Assembly: GCA_049520215.1 (NCBI GenBank)
Contig: JBEKPZ010000013.1
Location: 3,334-67,333, forward strand
Direction: 5' to 3'
Source: Bryobacteraceae bacterium
GTDB taxonomy: Bacteria > Acidobacteriota > Terriglobia > Bryobacterales > Bryobacteraceae
Length of the DNA: 64,000 bases
This document shows, piece after piece, positions 44,362 to 52,568 of the stretch. Position 1 is the stretch's first letter. Each line of letters starts with the position of its first letter. The position numbers and the translations under genes are program-made. A model generated the notes under the pieces. It was not told the DNA's origin. It did not search any database and saw only the letters and a list, made by a program, of their open reading frames with translations.

Positions 44362-45456
44362 CTACTGCAAGACTTGGGCGGCCAGTTGTGTACCTTCCAC
44401 GCGCGCCCGGACCTTGGCGAAGGCGATTTCGCGCGAGGTCGAAGTGTCGTCCGCAAAGGGCGCGAAGCCGCAGTCGTCAGTGGTACCGAATTGCGCCGCC
44501 GGTAGGAACCTGGCTGCCAGCAGCACCCGCTCGCGCACCTGAGCGGGCGTTTCTATAGTGGGGTCGATAGGATCGATAACGCCAACGAAAACTGTCTGTC
44601 CGGGCTGCATGTGCCGGCCGATAATCTCCAATACCCGCACCGGATCCTTGTCACTCGCCAACTGCACGTAGAAGCGCCCCACGTGCAACCGGAACAGCGC
44701 AGGCAGTAATCCGGCATAATCCACGGCGGCGCTGTGGGTAGCATCCCGGTCGCCGCCCGGACACGTATGCACGCCGATACGCTGGCGCTCTTCTGTCGAG
44801 AAATGATCGAGCACCCGGTTATTCAGGGCGATGAAGTTCTCGAGCAAGCCTCCCGATGGGTCGAGCCTGAGGGAAAGGCGCCCTTCCGTGAAATCGATCT
44901 GCACGCTATCGGCGCCCTGTTCGAGGCAGCTACGGATATCGGCCACTGCTTCTCCCACCAGATCCGCAAGGAAAGCCTCGCGCGAGTATCCCGGAATTTC
45001 CGAGGCCGGGTAAAGCAGGCTGAGAGCAGATGCCGAAATCACCGCTTGTTTCACCGGCAACGTCGTCAGGCGTTTGGCCGCCGCCAGATACGTCGCCGCG
45101 TGGACCCCGTAGCGGAACGGACCCGAAGTCAATCGGGGCAATTGCCGTGTGTGCCCATCTTCGAAAGGAATCACTACGCCATCGGGCGCCAGATTGGACA
45201 CGCCTTCGAGCGGATACGTTGCAAAGCTGGACTTGGTCTGTTCTCCGTCGGTAATAACGGGAGAGCCGGTCTCCTCAAAGAGGCGGATGGTATCCCGTAG
45301 CGCGACCCCGGCAACGCGTGCGAATTCGCCGGCTGTCATCCGGCCTTCCTGCGCGGCCTGACGAGCTGCAATCAGTTCCGCCGGCCGCGGAATGCTCCCG
45401 ATCGGTTCAGTAGGTATGCGCAAACCAGTCCCCCTCGGTTCCAAGGATAGATCCAT
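44362..45456 (-). CDS. Cobalamin-independent methionine synthase catalytic-domain (MetE C-terminal-like) family protein
   Basis: 364 aa. IGSIPRP, IGVHTCPGG (His-x-Cys zinc ligands) and GTTDDCGFAP (Cys ligand) match the Meth_synt_2 pattern. It lies 22 nt upstream of the halogenase-like gene. Confidence 0.85.
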   Translation of the reverse strand: MDLSLEPRGTGLRIPTEPIGSIPRPAELIAARQAAQEGRMTAGEFARVAGVALRDTIRLFEETGSPVITDGEQTKSSFATYPLEGVSNLAPDGVVIPFEDGHTRQLPRLTSGPFRYGVHAATYLAAAKRLTTLPVKQAVISASALSLLYPASEIPGYSREAFLADLVGEAVADIRSCLEQGADSVQIDFTEGRLSLRLDPSGGLLENFIALNNRVLDHFSTEERQRIGVHTCPGGDRDATHSAAVDYAGLLPALFRLHVGRFYVQLASDKDPVRVLEIIGRHMQPGQTVFVGVIDPIDPTIETPAQVRERVLLAARFLPAAQFGTTDDCGFAPFADDTSTSREIAFAKVRARVEGTQLAAQVLQ

Positions 45457-45504
45457 TCAAGCTAACCGAACGAGATGCCGGCGCACAATAATTGAAATCA
45501 ACTA
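45457..45504 (-). promoter_or_regulatory. Bipartite conserved upstream motif, copy A
   Basis: Plus-strand tcaagctaaccg-N15-cacaataattgaaatcaacta, immediately upstream of the MetE-like start. Copy B at 49989..50036 has the same 12-mer, the same 15-nt spacing and 19 of 21 identity in box 2. Confidence 0.45.
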
Positions 45505-45510
45505 GTGTAG

Positions 45511-45623
45511 TGCGTCCGAAATCCCGGAGAGTATTCAGACGCCCGTGTGGGGCGGCCAATCCTGGCCTGGGGTCCCCTCTGGGGACGCCTTTTCAGGCGG
45601 CTGGACCCGCTAGAGAGCGGGTC
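45511..45623. repeat. Right arm of 113-bp inverted repeat
   Basis: See 42835..42947. The mosaic element part here is truncated: it has no outer GGGCTATTCAGCCC module or outer terminus. Confidence 0.85.
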
Positions 45624-45671
45624 TGTGCACATAATCGTCGATCTGCGCGACGCACTACACTAGGAGAGCGA

Positions 45672-48600
45672 TCAGCGTGTGTCTTGATACCACAACGCTC
45701 TCGCAAAGCGTTCCGCGGTGATATAGCGGGTGTGAAACACCTGCCAATCCAAAGGATGCAGGCGATAGGCTCTATCCTGCTCGAGGGATGTGGGCGGAGC
45801 CGTATAGTCCTTCATCGCGTGATAGGGCAGGGGCAGCACCGTGCTGGGAAATTGAAAATTATAATCGCCTTCTTTCATCCATCCGTCGCCGATGAAAACG
45901 AAGTCGCGCGTCCAACCGGCAGCGGGCGGAGGCACGGCGGCGAACCGCATCCGCACCTCATCACCTGAGTTGACAATCACGATGCGGTCGTCGATTTTTT
46001 CGAGCAGCTCGCGCACACCGCCATAGCGCGTATAGTAGCCCTCCAGATTGCGCCACTGCTGAGCAGTTCCCGCGATGGTGTCATAGTGCGCCAGTTCCGG
46101 CGATGAGGGGCCGTCCTGTGTCACCAACGAGAAGCCCCGGTAGCGTAACTCGGCTTCCGATAGCCTCAGGCGCTGTGTCTTTACTAGCTCATTCGGCAGA
46201 CCTGCAGCCCACGCCAGCCTGTCCCAATACACTTCCATGCTGGTACGCAAACGGAGCTTGCGGGGCGCGGCTGCCCGGAAGATGCCGGTCAAATCGAAGA
46301 CGACGGTCTTCAATCGGCCTGCCGGTATACCAAGGTGATTTCGCGCGGTGAGCCAATGCCCGGTCCGGTCGGGAACCTCGATGCTCAAGTCTTGCGGCGT
46401 GGGGCCGCTTCCCTGGCTGCGCGCCATAGTGATGGTATCGTCCCACGGGTGCAGAAAGCCGTCGCCGATCAGGTAAAGCGGCCCTGTGCGCGGCGCATCG
46501 TCCGGCAATGCGAGCTCTACCCAGTGATCGCGAGTTAGTCCTTGGTACTGCCCGACCCCAAAGGTATTCAGATAGTTAGCGTCGACTTTTTGAATCGCGC
46601 CGCTCACATCTCGCCCGGCATCGTCCTTTGCGCCGGCAAAACTTCTCGGCTCGCCCGTCACATACAGTTTGAGGGGCGCGGGAGGATCGGCCACGCGCTC
46701 GTCCACGTAGACGCGCGACTGTTGCGGATGATCGACAACCAGCAACGAATAATAGTCGATGTAGTAGGTCTCCCAGTATTCGTCCGTCAGGCGCAGGTCG
46801 TAGTACCCATCCCGCGGGGCAAGCTGGTCGCCGTCGATTTTGAACCATTGCTGGGTCTGTTGAATCGGTTCCAATCTTGTTGTGCTGATGTGCGCTCCCA
46901 GCGGCGCAGACATGGGGGCAACGTCTTTTAAGAACCGCATCGCGTGTCCGTCCCATGCAAAAAGAAATGGACAGGAACCTTTCAAACGTTGCTGAGCGAG
47001 CACGGACTGGTCCGATTTCAAGTTAAATTCGGTTTGAATTAAGCCATTCGGCCATACGATACGGGCGAATTCGACTCCGGTGTGCTCGCCCAATCCGAAG
47101 TGCAGAACCGGTGCGCTGATGATTTGTTTCTGCGTAAGCAGGTCGGACCGAATCTCGATCTCGCCGCCTATGCCGAATGGATTGATGCGCTGATCTCCGT
47201 TCGCCGTGGCGGCTCTGGTGCGAATCACTTGCCAGTTATAGTTCTTTGCGCCTCGATTGGTGAATTGGACGGCGGTCCGGCTGTTCGACAGCCCGATGCC
47301 ATCCAGTCGGCCATCCTGATTCAGATCCGCCAGCGCCCAGCAGTCGGAATTCAGTTTGCCGGCCAGCGGCGCGAAGCCTTTTCCATTTCCCAGGAAGATC
47401 TGGTCGCCTACGACTATGTCCAGACTGCCATTGTTATCCAAATCCGCCAATAGCAGGCTCGCCGGTCCAGGACCGTTGGCCAGCCTGGCGTTGGCGATTT
47501 TCGCGAAATCCCATTCCGTACTGGAGTCCTGGCCCGACAGCCGAACAATGCTGAAATCGCTCCGCAGCAGGACGAAATCGATCAGTCCGTCTCCATTCAC
47601 GTCCCCTGCAGCGACCGCCAGATTGTGGTCCGCCAGTTGCGGCGGGACGGTGCGCCTCCGGTAGAAGCCTTGCCGCTCGTTCTTGAAGACTTGCAGGTTC
47701 CCGTGGCCGTCGATCAGTGCCACATCGGGCACGCCATTACCATGGAGGTCGCCGAAAGTGAAACCGGTCATCCCATCGACTCCCTGGAACGGTTGAACCG
47801 GCGCGAAGGTGCCATCGCCGTTATTCCGCAAAACGATTGGTGCCCCGTGCGGCACTCCCAAGACAACGTCCAAGTCTCCATCCAGATCGAAGTCGAAGGC
47901 CCATGCGCCCGTGTATGATCCATTCACGATTCCCGCGGGCAGTTTCGTTTTGGCTGTCACATCGATGAAGCGCTGCGGCGTATCTTGAAGGTAAATTCTG
48001 ACTCCGCCCGGCGTGGCGAGGACCAAATCCGTCTTGAAATCGTAGTTCAAGTCGGCGCCTAGAATTGCATTCCTCCCGAGGGTCGTGAGTGAAGACTGGC
48101 CGCGCGTGCTGGGCAGGGGCAAGGTTGCGCCACCTTCCACGTGGACGCCCGTCGCATCCGCCCACACAATCCGCGAACCGCCTTCTCCATCCAGAGGCAA
48201 CGATCCGATCCAGGCGATATTCCCCGCGGACACCGCGCTTATGGCCTGCTCTTCGAAGTGAAGCTGCATATCGGGTGAGGCCGGCTCCGAAGAGGGCGAA
48301 GGCAGCTTCAAAAACTTCAAGAATGGCTCTCCAATCGAAGTCGCGGGCGCTTTCACTTCATCCAAATTCCGGCGATAACTGGCGACCCGAATCAGCGTAT
48401 TGCGAAGAAACTGAACCTGGATTCCGGCGGTCCTCATATCGGCGGTCTCAGCGGCTTGTCGCAGCCGGGTGAGCTGCTGCTGCGCAGGCTCGGGCCAATT
48501 CGCGGTGTTCCGCCCCAGGCTGGCCACGGCGCTTTTCAATCGGGATTCGTCTTTCCGCTTCGCAGCCAGATGGGCGATGTCGAGCAGGATGGCTTCATTG

Positions 48601-49121
48601 TCAGGCCGGATTTTCAAGATCTGTTCCAGCAGTTTTCCCGCGTCCGCGTCGCTGGTGGCGGTTTGCTGGCGTCCGGTCTCCGTTGCCCAGGAATACAGAG
48701 CTCTTAGATTCGAACTGTCGAGAGAGACAGCCTTCTGGTAATGCGCGATCGCTTCCGCAATCCTGCCGCGCTTGGCCTCAACCAGGCCGAGTAGACCCTC
48801 AATCCGGCTATTATCCGGAGCCAGGCCGTGCGCTGTCTCGAAGGTTTGGTAAGCCGTGTCGAATTCTTGCTGGCGGGCTTGCAGAAGGCCCAAATCGACC
48901 CAGCTTGCCGGCTCTGCCGGCGCGATCTGGGTGGCATGCGTGAGCCCGTTACGGGCGTTCACATCCTCGCCCGACTGGAGCGCCGCCACGCCAAGATAAA
49001 ATGCCGAACACAACTCGCGATATTTCGGCGAGCCTGGTTCAGGAAGTCCAGTGTGCCGGTTACAACCGGAACAGAGAAGTGCAATGGGGAGCGAAACCGC
49101 CATGACGAGCCTAAGCTTCAT
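45672..49121 (-). CDS. Lipoprotein with TPR repeats, FG-GAP/VCBS repeats and ASPIC/UnbV domain (CRTAC1-like) plus a long C-terminal extension
   Basis: Start at MKLRLVMAVSLPIALLCSGC (lipobox). FG-GAP motifs (FDLDGDLDVVLG, GDLHGNGVPDVALID, GDVNGDGLIDFVLL, ADLDNNGSLDIVVG, ADLNQDGRLDGIGL). ASPIC/UnbV-like FGIGGEIEIRSD...HFGLGEHTGVEFARIVWPNG. The repeat-derived upstream ORF extension was rejected. Confidence 0.85.
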   Translation of the reverse strand: MKLRLVMAVSLPIALLCSGCNRHTGLPEPGSPKYRELCSAFYLGVAALQSGEDVNARNGLTHATQIAPAEPASWVDLGLLQARQQEFDTAYQTFETAHGLAPDNSRIEGLLGLVEAKRGRIAEAIAHYQKAVSLDSSNLRALYSWATETGRQQTATSDADAGKLLEQILKIRPDNEAILLDIAHLAAKRKDESRLKSAVASLGRNTANWPEPAQQQLTRLRQAAETADMRTAGIQVQFLRNTLIRVASYRRNLDEVKAPATSIGEPFLKFLKLPSPSSEPASPDMQLHFEEQAISAVSAGNIAWIGSLPLDGEGGSRIVWADATGVHVEGGATLPLPSTRGQSSLTTLGRNAILGADLNYDFKTDLVLATPGGVRIYLQDTPQRFIDVTAKTKLPAGIVNGSYTGAWAFDFDLDGDLDVVLGVPHGAPIVLRNNGDGTFAPVQPFQGVDGMTGFTFGDLHGNGVPDVALIDGHGNLQVFKNERQGFYRRRTVPPQLADHNLAVAAGDVNGDGLIDFVLLRSDFSIVRLSGQDSSTEWDFAKIANARLANGPGPASLLLADLDNNGSLDIVVGDQIFLGNGKGFAPLAGKLNSDCWALADLNQDGRLDGIGLSNSRTAVQFTNRGAKNYNWQVIRTRAATANGDQRINPFGIGGEIEIRSDLLTQKQIISAPVLHFGLGEHTGVEFARIVWPNGLIQTEFNLKSDQSVLAQQRLKGSCPFLFAWDGHAMRFLKDVAPMSAPLGAHISTTRLEPIQQTQQWFKIDGDQLAPRDGYYDLRLTDEYWETYYIDYYSLLVVDHPQQSRVYVDERVADPPAPLKLYVTGEPRSFAGAKDDAGRDVSGAIQKVDANYLNTFGVGQYQGLTRDHWVELALPDDAPRTGPLYLIGDGFLHPWDDTITMARSQGSGPTPQDLSIEVPDRTGHWLTARNHLGIPAGRLKTVVFDLTGIFRAAAPRKLRLRTSMEVYWDRLAWAAGLPNELVKTQRLRLSEAELRYRGFSLVTQDGPSSPELAHYDTIAGTAQQWRNLEGYYTRYGGVRELLEKIDDRIVIVNSGDEVRMRFAAVPPPAAGWTRDFVFIGDGWMKEGDYNFQFPSTVLPLPYHAMKDYTAPPTSLEQDRAYRLHPLDWQVFHTRYITAERFARALWYQDTR

Positions 49122-49185
49122 TCGTGGAATACCCAGATCGGACACAGAATTTCCGGTAGTGGGTACGTTTGGGAGTTGCGAGGCT

Positions 49186-49274
49186 TGTGGGGCGGGCAAT
49201 TCTGCCCGCAGCCGGCTTTCAGCCGGCTCTGGCCGCCTGAAAAGGCGGCTGCGGCCAAGATTGGCCGCCCCACA
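49186..49274. repeat. Complete 89-bp four-hairpin mosaic element
   Basis: Colinear with 35372..35460, with a few loop substitutions (aattctg, tttcag, ctgaaaagg). Confidence 0.9.
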
Positions 49275-49349
49275 AAAGCAAAATGACCACCACCAAATTT
49301 CCGAGTGCAAATGGGTGCATTATACCTCAGCCAACAGGGCTCACTGAGG

Positions 49350-49976
49350 CTAGGGCAGGTGAATCAAGCCCTTCTTTACCGCCCATATGATCAGGTCGGT
49401 GGTGCGGTGGATGCCCAGTTCCGCCATCATATTGGCGCGGTGCACGGCAACCGTATTCTCGCTCACATGCAAAAGCGCTGCAATAGTCTTATTGGACTTG
49501 CCCTGAGCTGCCAATTCCAGGATCTGTTTTTCGCGGGGCGTGAGCCGATCATACTGTGGATCGGGCACGCGGCTCGCGGCCACCAGGCCGGGGCCTATGA
49601 CCTGCCGCCCTGCCGCCAGAGCTTTTATAGCGCTCACCAGATCCACGTCCAAGGCGTCCTTCAACAGATAGCCACGCGCACCAGCATCCAGGGCGTTGCG
49701 CACGTAATTCTCTTCCGAGTACATGCTCAAGATCAGCACCGCCGTGCCCGGCTCGTGCTTCAAGATCTCCCGCGTGGCCTGTACGCCATCCAGACCCGGC
49801 ATGGCCATGTCCATCACGATCACCTGCGGGTGCAGTTGCCGTGCCAGCCGGATCGCTTCCTGGCCGTTCGCCGCTTCGTCCACTACGCGGATTTCCGGAT
49901 CGTCTTCCAGGATACGCCGGAAGCCCTTGCGCACTAAGGTGTGATCGTCCACCAGCAGAACGGAGATTTCACTCAT
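49350..49976 (-). CDS. NarL/FixJ (LuxR-type HTH) response regulator, no adjacent kinase
   Basis: VLLVDDHTLVRKG, VIVMDMAMPGLDG (phospho-acceptor Asp region), and the C-terminal LTPREKQILELAAQGKSNKTIAALLHVSENTVAVHRANMM (LuxR HTH). Confidence 0.9.
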   Translation of the reverse strand: MSEISVLLVDDHTLVRKGFRRILEDDPEIRVVDEAANGQEAIRLARQLHPQVIVMDMAMPGLDGVQATREILKHEPGTAVLILSMYSEENYVRNALDAGARGYLLKDALDVDLVSAIKALAAGRQVIGPGLVAASRVPDPQYDRLTPREKQILELAAQGKSNKTIAALLHVSENTVAVHRANMMAELGIHRTTDLIIWAVKKGLIHLP

Positions 49977-49988
49977 CGCGAGATTGTT

Positions 49989-50036
49989 TCAAGCTAACCG
50001 TGGCAGGCCGCAAAACACAATAATTCAAAACAACTA
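49989..50036 (-). promoter_or_regulatory. Bipartite conserved upstream motif, copy B
   Basis: tcaagctaaccg-N15-cacaataattcaaaacaacta, 12 nt upstream of the response-regulator start, in the 190-bp divergent intergenic region. Confidence 0.45.
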
Positions 50037-50166
50037 TCCTCGCGGCGCGCCGCCCGCGCGACTAGTATTTTTTCCTTATTGACCGTCCAAGCCCTGTGTG
50101 TGATAATTCGTCAGGTGTATTTCGCGCGCCTGGGCTGGGCTGCGCATCTCAGAGGGAGGAAGGTTA

Positions 50167-50763
50167 ATGGCTGCATCGAGTTCCAGCATGGATTTCACAT
50201 CGGTTGCCGGCCCGAGCTTTTACGAAAAACTCAATTCCCAGTGGCACGAACGCGCGCTGCAAATATTCATGGCCATCGTTTTGGCGCACTGGGGCGAACA
50301 CCTGGCGCAGGCCGTGCAGATCTATCTGATGGGATGGCCGCGTCCGCAGGCGAACGGCATTGTGGGCTTGTGGTATCCGTGGCTCATTAAATCGGAAGTG
50401 CTGCACTACGCCTACGCGCTGGTGATGCTGGTGGGAATCTGGGTGCTACGGAAAGGGTTCACAGGAAAGGCCCGCACCTGGTGGACGGTCGCCCTGGTGA
50501 TCCAGTTCTGGCACCACATCGAGCACTTGCTGCTGATTGCGCAGGCCACCATGCACCATAACTTCTGGGGGCGGCCGGTTCCGTTCAGCGTGTTGCAATT
50601 GGTGATTCCGCGGGTGGAATTGCACCTGTTTTACAACACGATCGTATTCATTCCGATGGTGATCGGCATGTACTATCACATGTTCCCACCCGTCGGAGAG
50701 CGGGAGCGCGCCAACTGCACCTGCGCGTGGCATCCGCGTACGGCGGAAGCCAACGCTTATTAA
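50167..50763 (+). CDS. Four-TM membrane protein with duplicated HxxEH motifs
   Basis: GGAGG SD. Helices carry AHWGEHLAQA and FWHHIEHLLLIAQA, which looks like an internal duplication. The C-terminal tail has CTCAWH. No family recognised. Confidence 0.65.
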   Translation: MAASSSSMDFTSVAGPSFYEKLNSQWHERALQIFMAIVLAHWGEHLAQAVQIYLMGWPRPQANGIVGLWYPWLIKSEVLHYAYALVMLVGIWVLRKGFTGKARTWWTVALVIQFWHHIEHLLLIAQATMHHNFWGRPVPFSVLQLVIPRVELHLFYNTIVFIPMVIGMYYHMFPPVGERERANCTCAWHPRTAEANAY

Positions 50764-50794
50764 CTGGGCGGCTACGGCGCTCGGCTGCGTTGCA

Positions 50795-51136
50795 TTGTGG
50801 CAATCGGCGGGTTGCCGGAAACCTGCCGGAACGGATTCAGCCATTGTGATCGAGTCCGAAATCGCGCCCAAGCCCGCGCGCCTTGGCCTCGCGACCGTTA
50901 CGCTCCGTCTGTCGGACGCCGGGCAACCGGTACGCCAGGCGCGGATCGCGCTCGAAGCGGATATGGCGCACCCGGGCATGCGGCCCGAGTTCGGTGAGGC
51001 GCGCGAAATCGCCGCCGGAAATTACCGGGGCCGGTTGACTTTCACCATGGCCGGCGATTGGGTCGTCCTCATGCGCGTCACGCTGCCGGGCGGACAGAAA
51101 CTGGAACGGCAAATGGAAGTGAACGGTGTCCGCTGA
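50795..51136 (+). CDS. FixH/YtkA-like domain protein
   Basis: LGLATVTLRLSDAGQPVRQARIALEADMAHPGMRPEFGEAREIAAGNYRGRLTFTMAGDWVVLMRV fits the YtkA/FixH-like Ig-fold pattern (M-H-x-G-M, G-x-Y, M-x-G-x-W). The start is uncertain (TTG), and the upstream in-frame ATALGCVALWQSAGC looks like a lipoprotein signal. Confidence 0.6.
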   Translation: MWQSAGCRKPAGTDSAIVIESEIAPKPARLGLATVTLRLSDAGQPVRQARIALEADMAHPGMRPEFGEAREIAAGNYRGRLTFTMAGDWVVLMRVTLPGGQKLERQMEVNGVR

Positions 51137-52565
51137 ATCGTCCCCGTTCGATCTGCTCAAAGTCCCACTGATCGGCCGGCTCTTTCGCTGGCGGCACGCT
51201 CGTACCTTCCTGCAAATTCCCGTGTTGATCGTAGGGATTGCCATGATTGGCCACGGATTACTCGGCCCCACGTTGGCCCCCAAAAACCTTGCGACCACCG
51301 TAAGCTGGGTACACTTTCGCGGCGCGCTCGTTTTGGTATTGCTATGCGCCGGTAATCTGTTTTGCCTGGCTTGTCCGTTCATGCTGGTGCGCCAGTGGGC
51401 GCGGCGGCTTTTTCGGCCGCGGTTCGCCTGGCCCCGGAAATTGCGTAACAAGTGGCTCTCCGCGGCGCTTTTCGCGCTGATCCTTTTTGTCTATGAGCTG
51501 TTCGATCTCTGGTCTTCGCCCTGGTGGACCGCGTGGCTAATCGTGGCCTACTTCGCCGGGGTGTTGGTAGTCGACGGTTTCTTCAAGCACGCCGTGTTTT
51601 GCAAATTCGTTTGTCCCATCGGACAATTTAACTTCGTGGCATCTACGCTCTCACCTCTCGAGGTGAAGGTCCGAGATGAGGGCGTCTGCGTTCCGTGCAC
51701 CACAAAAGACTGCATTCGCGGCCGGCGTGATGCTTCCGATCTGGTGGTGATTCAGCGCGGTTGCGAGTTGGCCTTGTTTCAACCCAGCAAGTCCGGCAAC
51801 ATGGACTGTACATTCTGTCTGGAATGTATCCAAGCCTGCCCGCACGATAACGTGGGCATCCTCAGCCGTCCGCCCGCCAGCGAGTTGATGACCGATCCCA
51901 GACGCTCCGGTATCGGGTTCTTCTCCCGCCGCCCGGACATAGCCGCGCTGGCACTGGTGTTCACTTTCGGCGCGTTACTCAATGCGTTCGGCATGGTCAG
52001 TCCGGTGTATTCCCTGGAGAGTTGGCTCGGGCGCGTGCTGCACGTCAGTCACGAAGCTCCCGTGCTGGGGCTCATCTTCGTGGTAGCACTGGTGGTCGAA
52101 CCGGTGCTCCTGCTGGGACTGGCGGCATGGCTTACGCGAGTTTGGGCCGGCAGCCGGCGCGCTACGCTGCCGTTGATCGTGCGGTACGCTTATGGGCTCG
52201 TACCACTGGGTTTCGGTATGTGGCTGGCGCACTACAGTTTTCATTTCCTGACGGGGTTCCTGACGTTGATTCCCGTCACACAGAACGCCGTAGCCAGTCT
52301 GGGCCGGCCTTTGCTGGGTGAGCCGCTCTGGACTTTGACCGGCATTCCCACCCGTTTCGTGCAGCCGCTGGAGTTGGGATTCCTGGTGCTGGGACTGGCG
52401 GGATCGCTGCTGGTCACGCATCGGCTGGCCGAAGACGACGCCGAGGCCGGAGCTCGCCCGGTGCGCGCATTCATACCTTGGGCTGCCGTCTGCCTGCTGC
52501 TGTGGGTCGCGGCCGTATGGCTGATCCTTCAACCCATGGAGATGCGCGCCACGTTTATGGGATAG
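51126..52565 (+). CDS. FixG/CcoG-like membrane polyferredoxin
   Basis: FCKFVCPIGQFNF, CVPCTTKDC and CTFCLECIQACPHDNV (4Fe-4S motifs) lie between N- and C-terminal TM bundles. It overlaps the previous gene by 11 nt. Confidence 0.8.
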   Translation: MSAESSPFDLLKVPLIGRLFRWRHARTFLQIPVLIVGIAMIGHGLLGPTLAPKNLATTVSWVHFRGALVLVLLCAGNLFCLACPFMLVRQWARRLFRPRFAWPRKLRNKWLSAALFALILFVYELFDLWSSPWWTAWLIVAYFAGVLVVDGFFKHAVFCKFVCPIGQFNFVASTLSPLEVKVRDEGVCVPCTTKDCIRGRRDASDLVVIQRGCELALFQPSKSGNMDCTFCLECIQACPHDNVGILSRPPASELMTDPRRSGIGFFSRRPDIAALALVFTFGALLNAFGMVSPVYSLESWLGRVLHVSHEAPVLGLIFVVALVVEPVLLLGLAAWLTRVWAGSRRATLPLIVRYAYGLVPLGFGMWLAHYSFHFLTGFLTLIPVTQNAVASLGRPLLGEPLWTLTGIPTRFVQPLELGFLVLGLAGSLLVTHRLAEDDAEAGARPVRAFIPWAAVCLLLWVAAVWLILQPMEMRATFMG

Positions 52566-52568
52566 CCG

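Noticed and set aside
2011-49274. Possibility that the recurring hairpin repeats are a CRISPR array or arrays
   Set aside because: The copies are dispersed singly in intergenic regions tens of kb apart. They are internally heterogeneous, lack regularly spaced unique spacers, and no cas genes are present.
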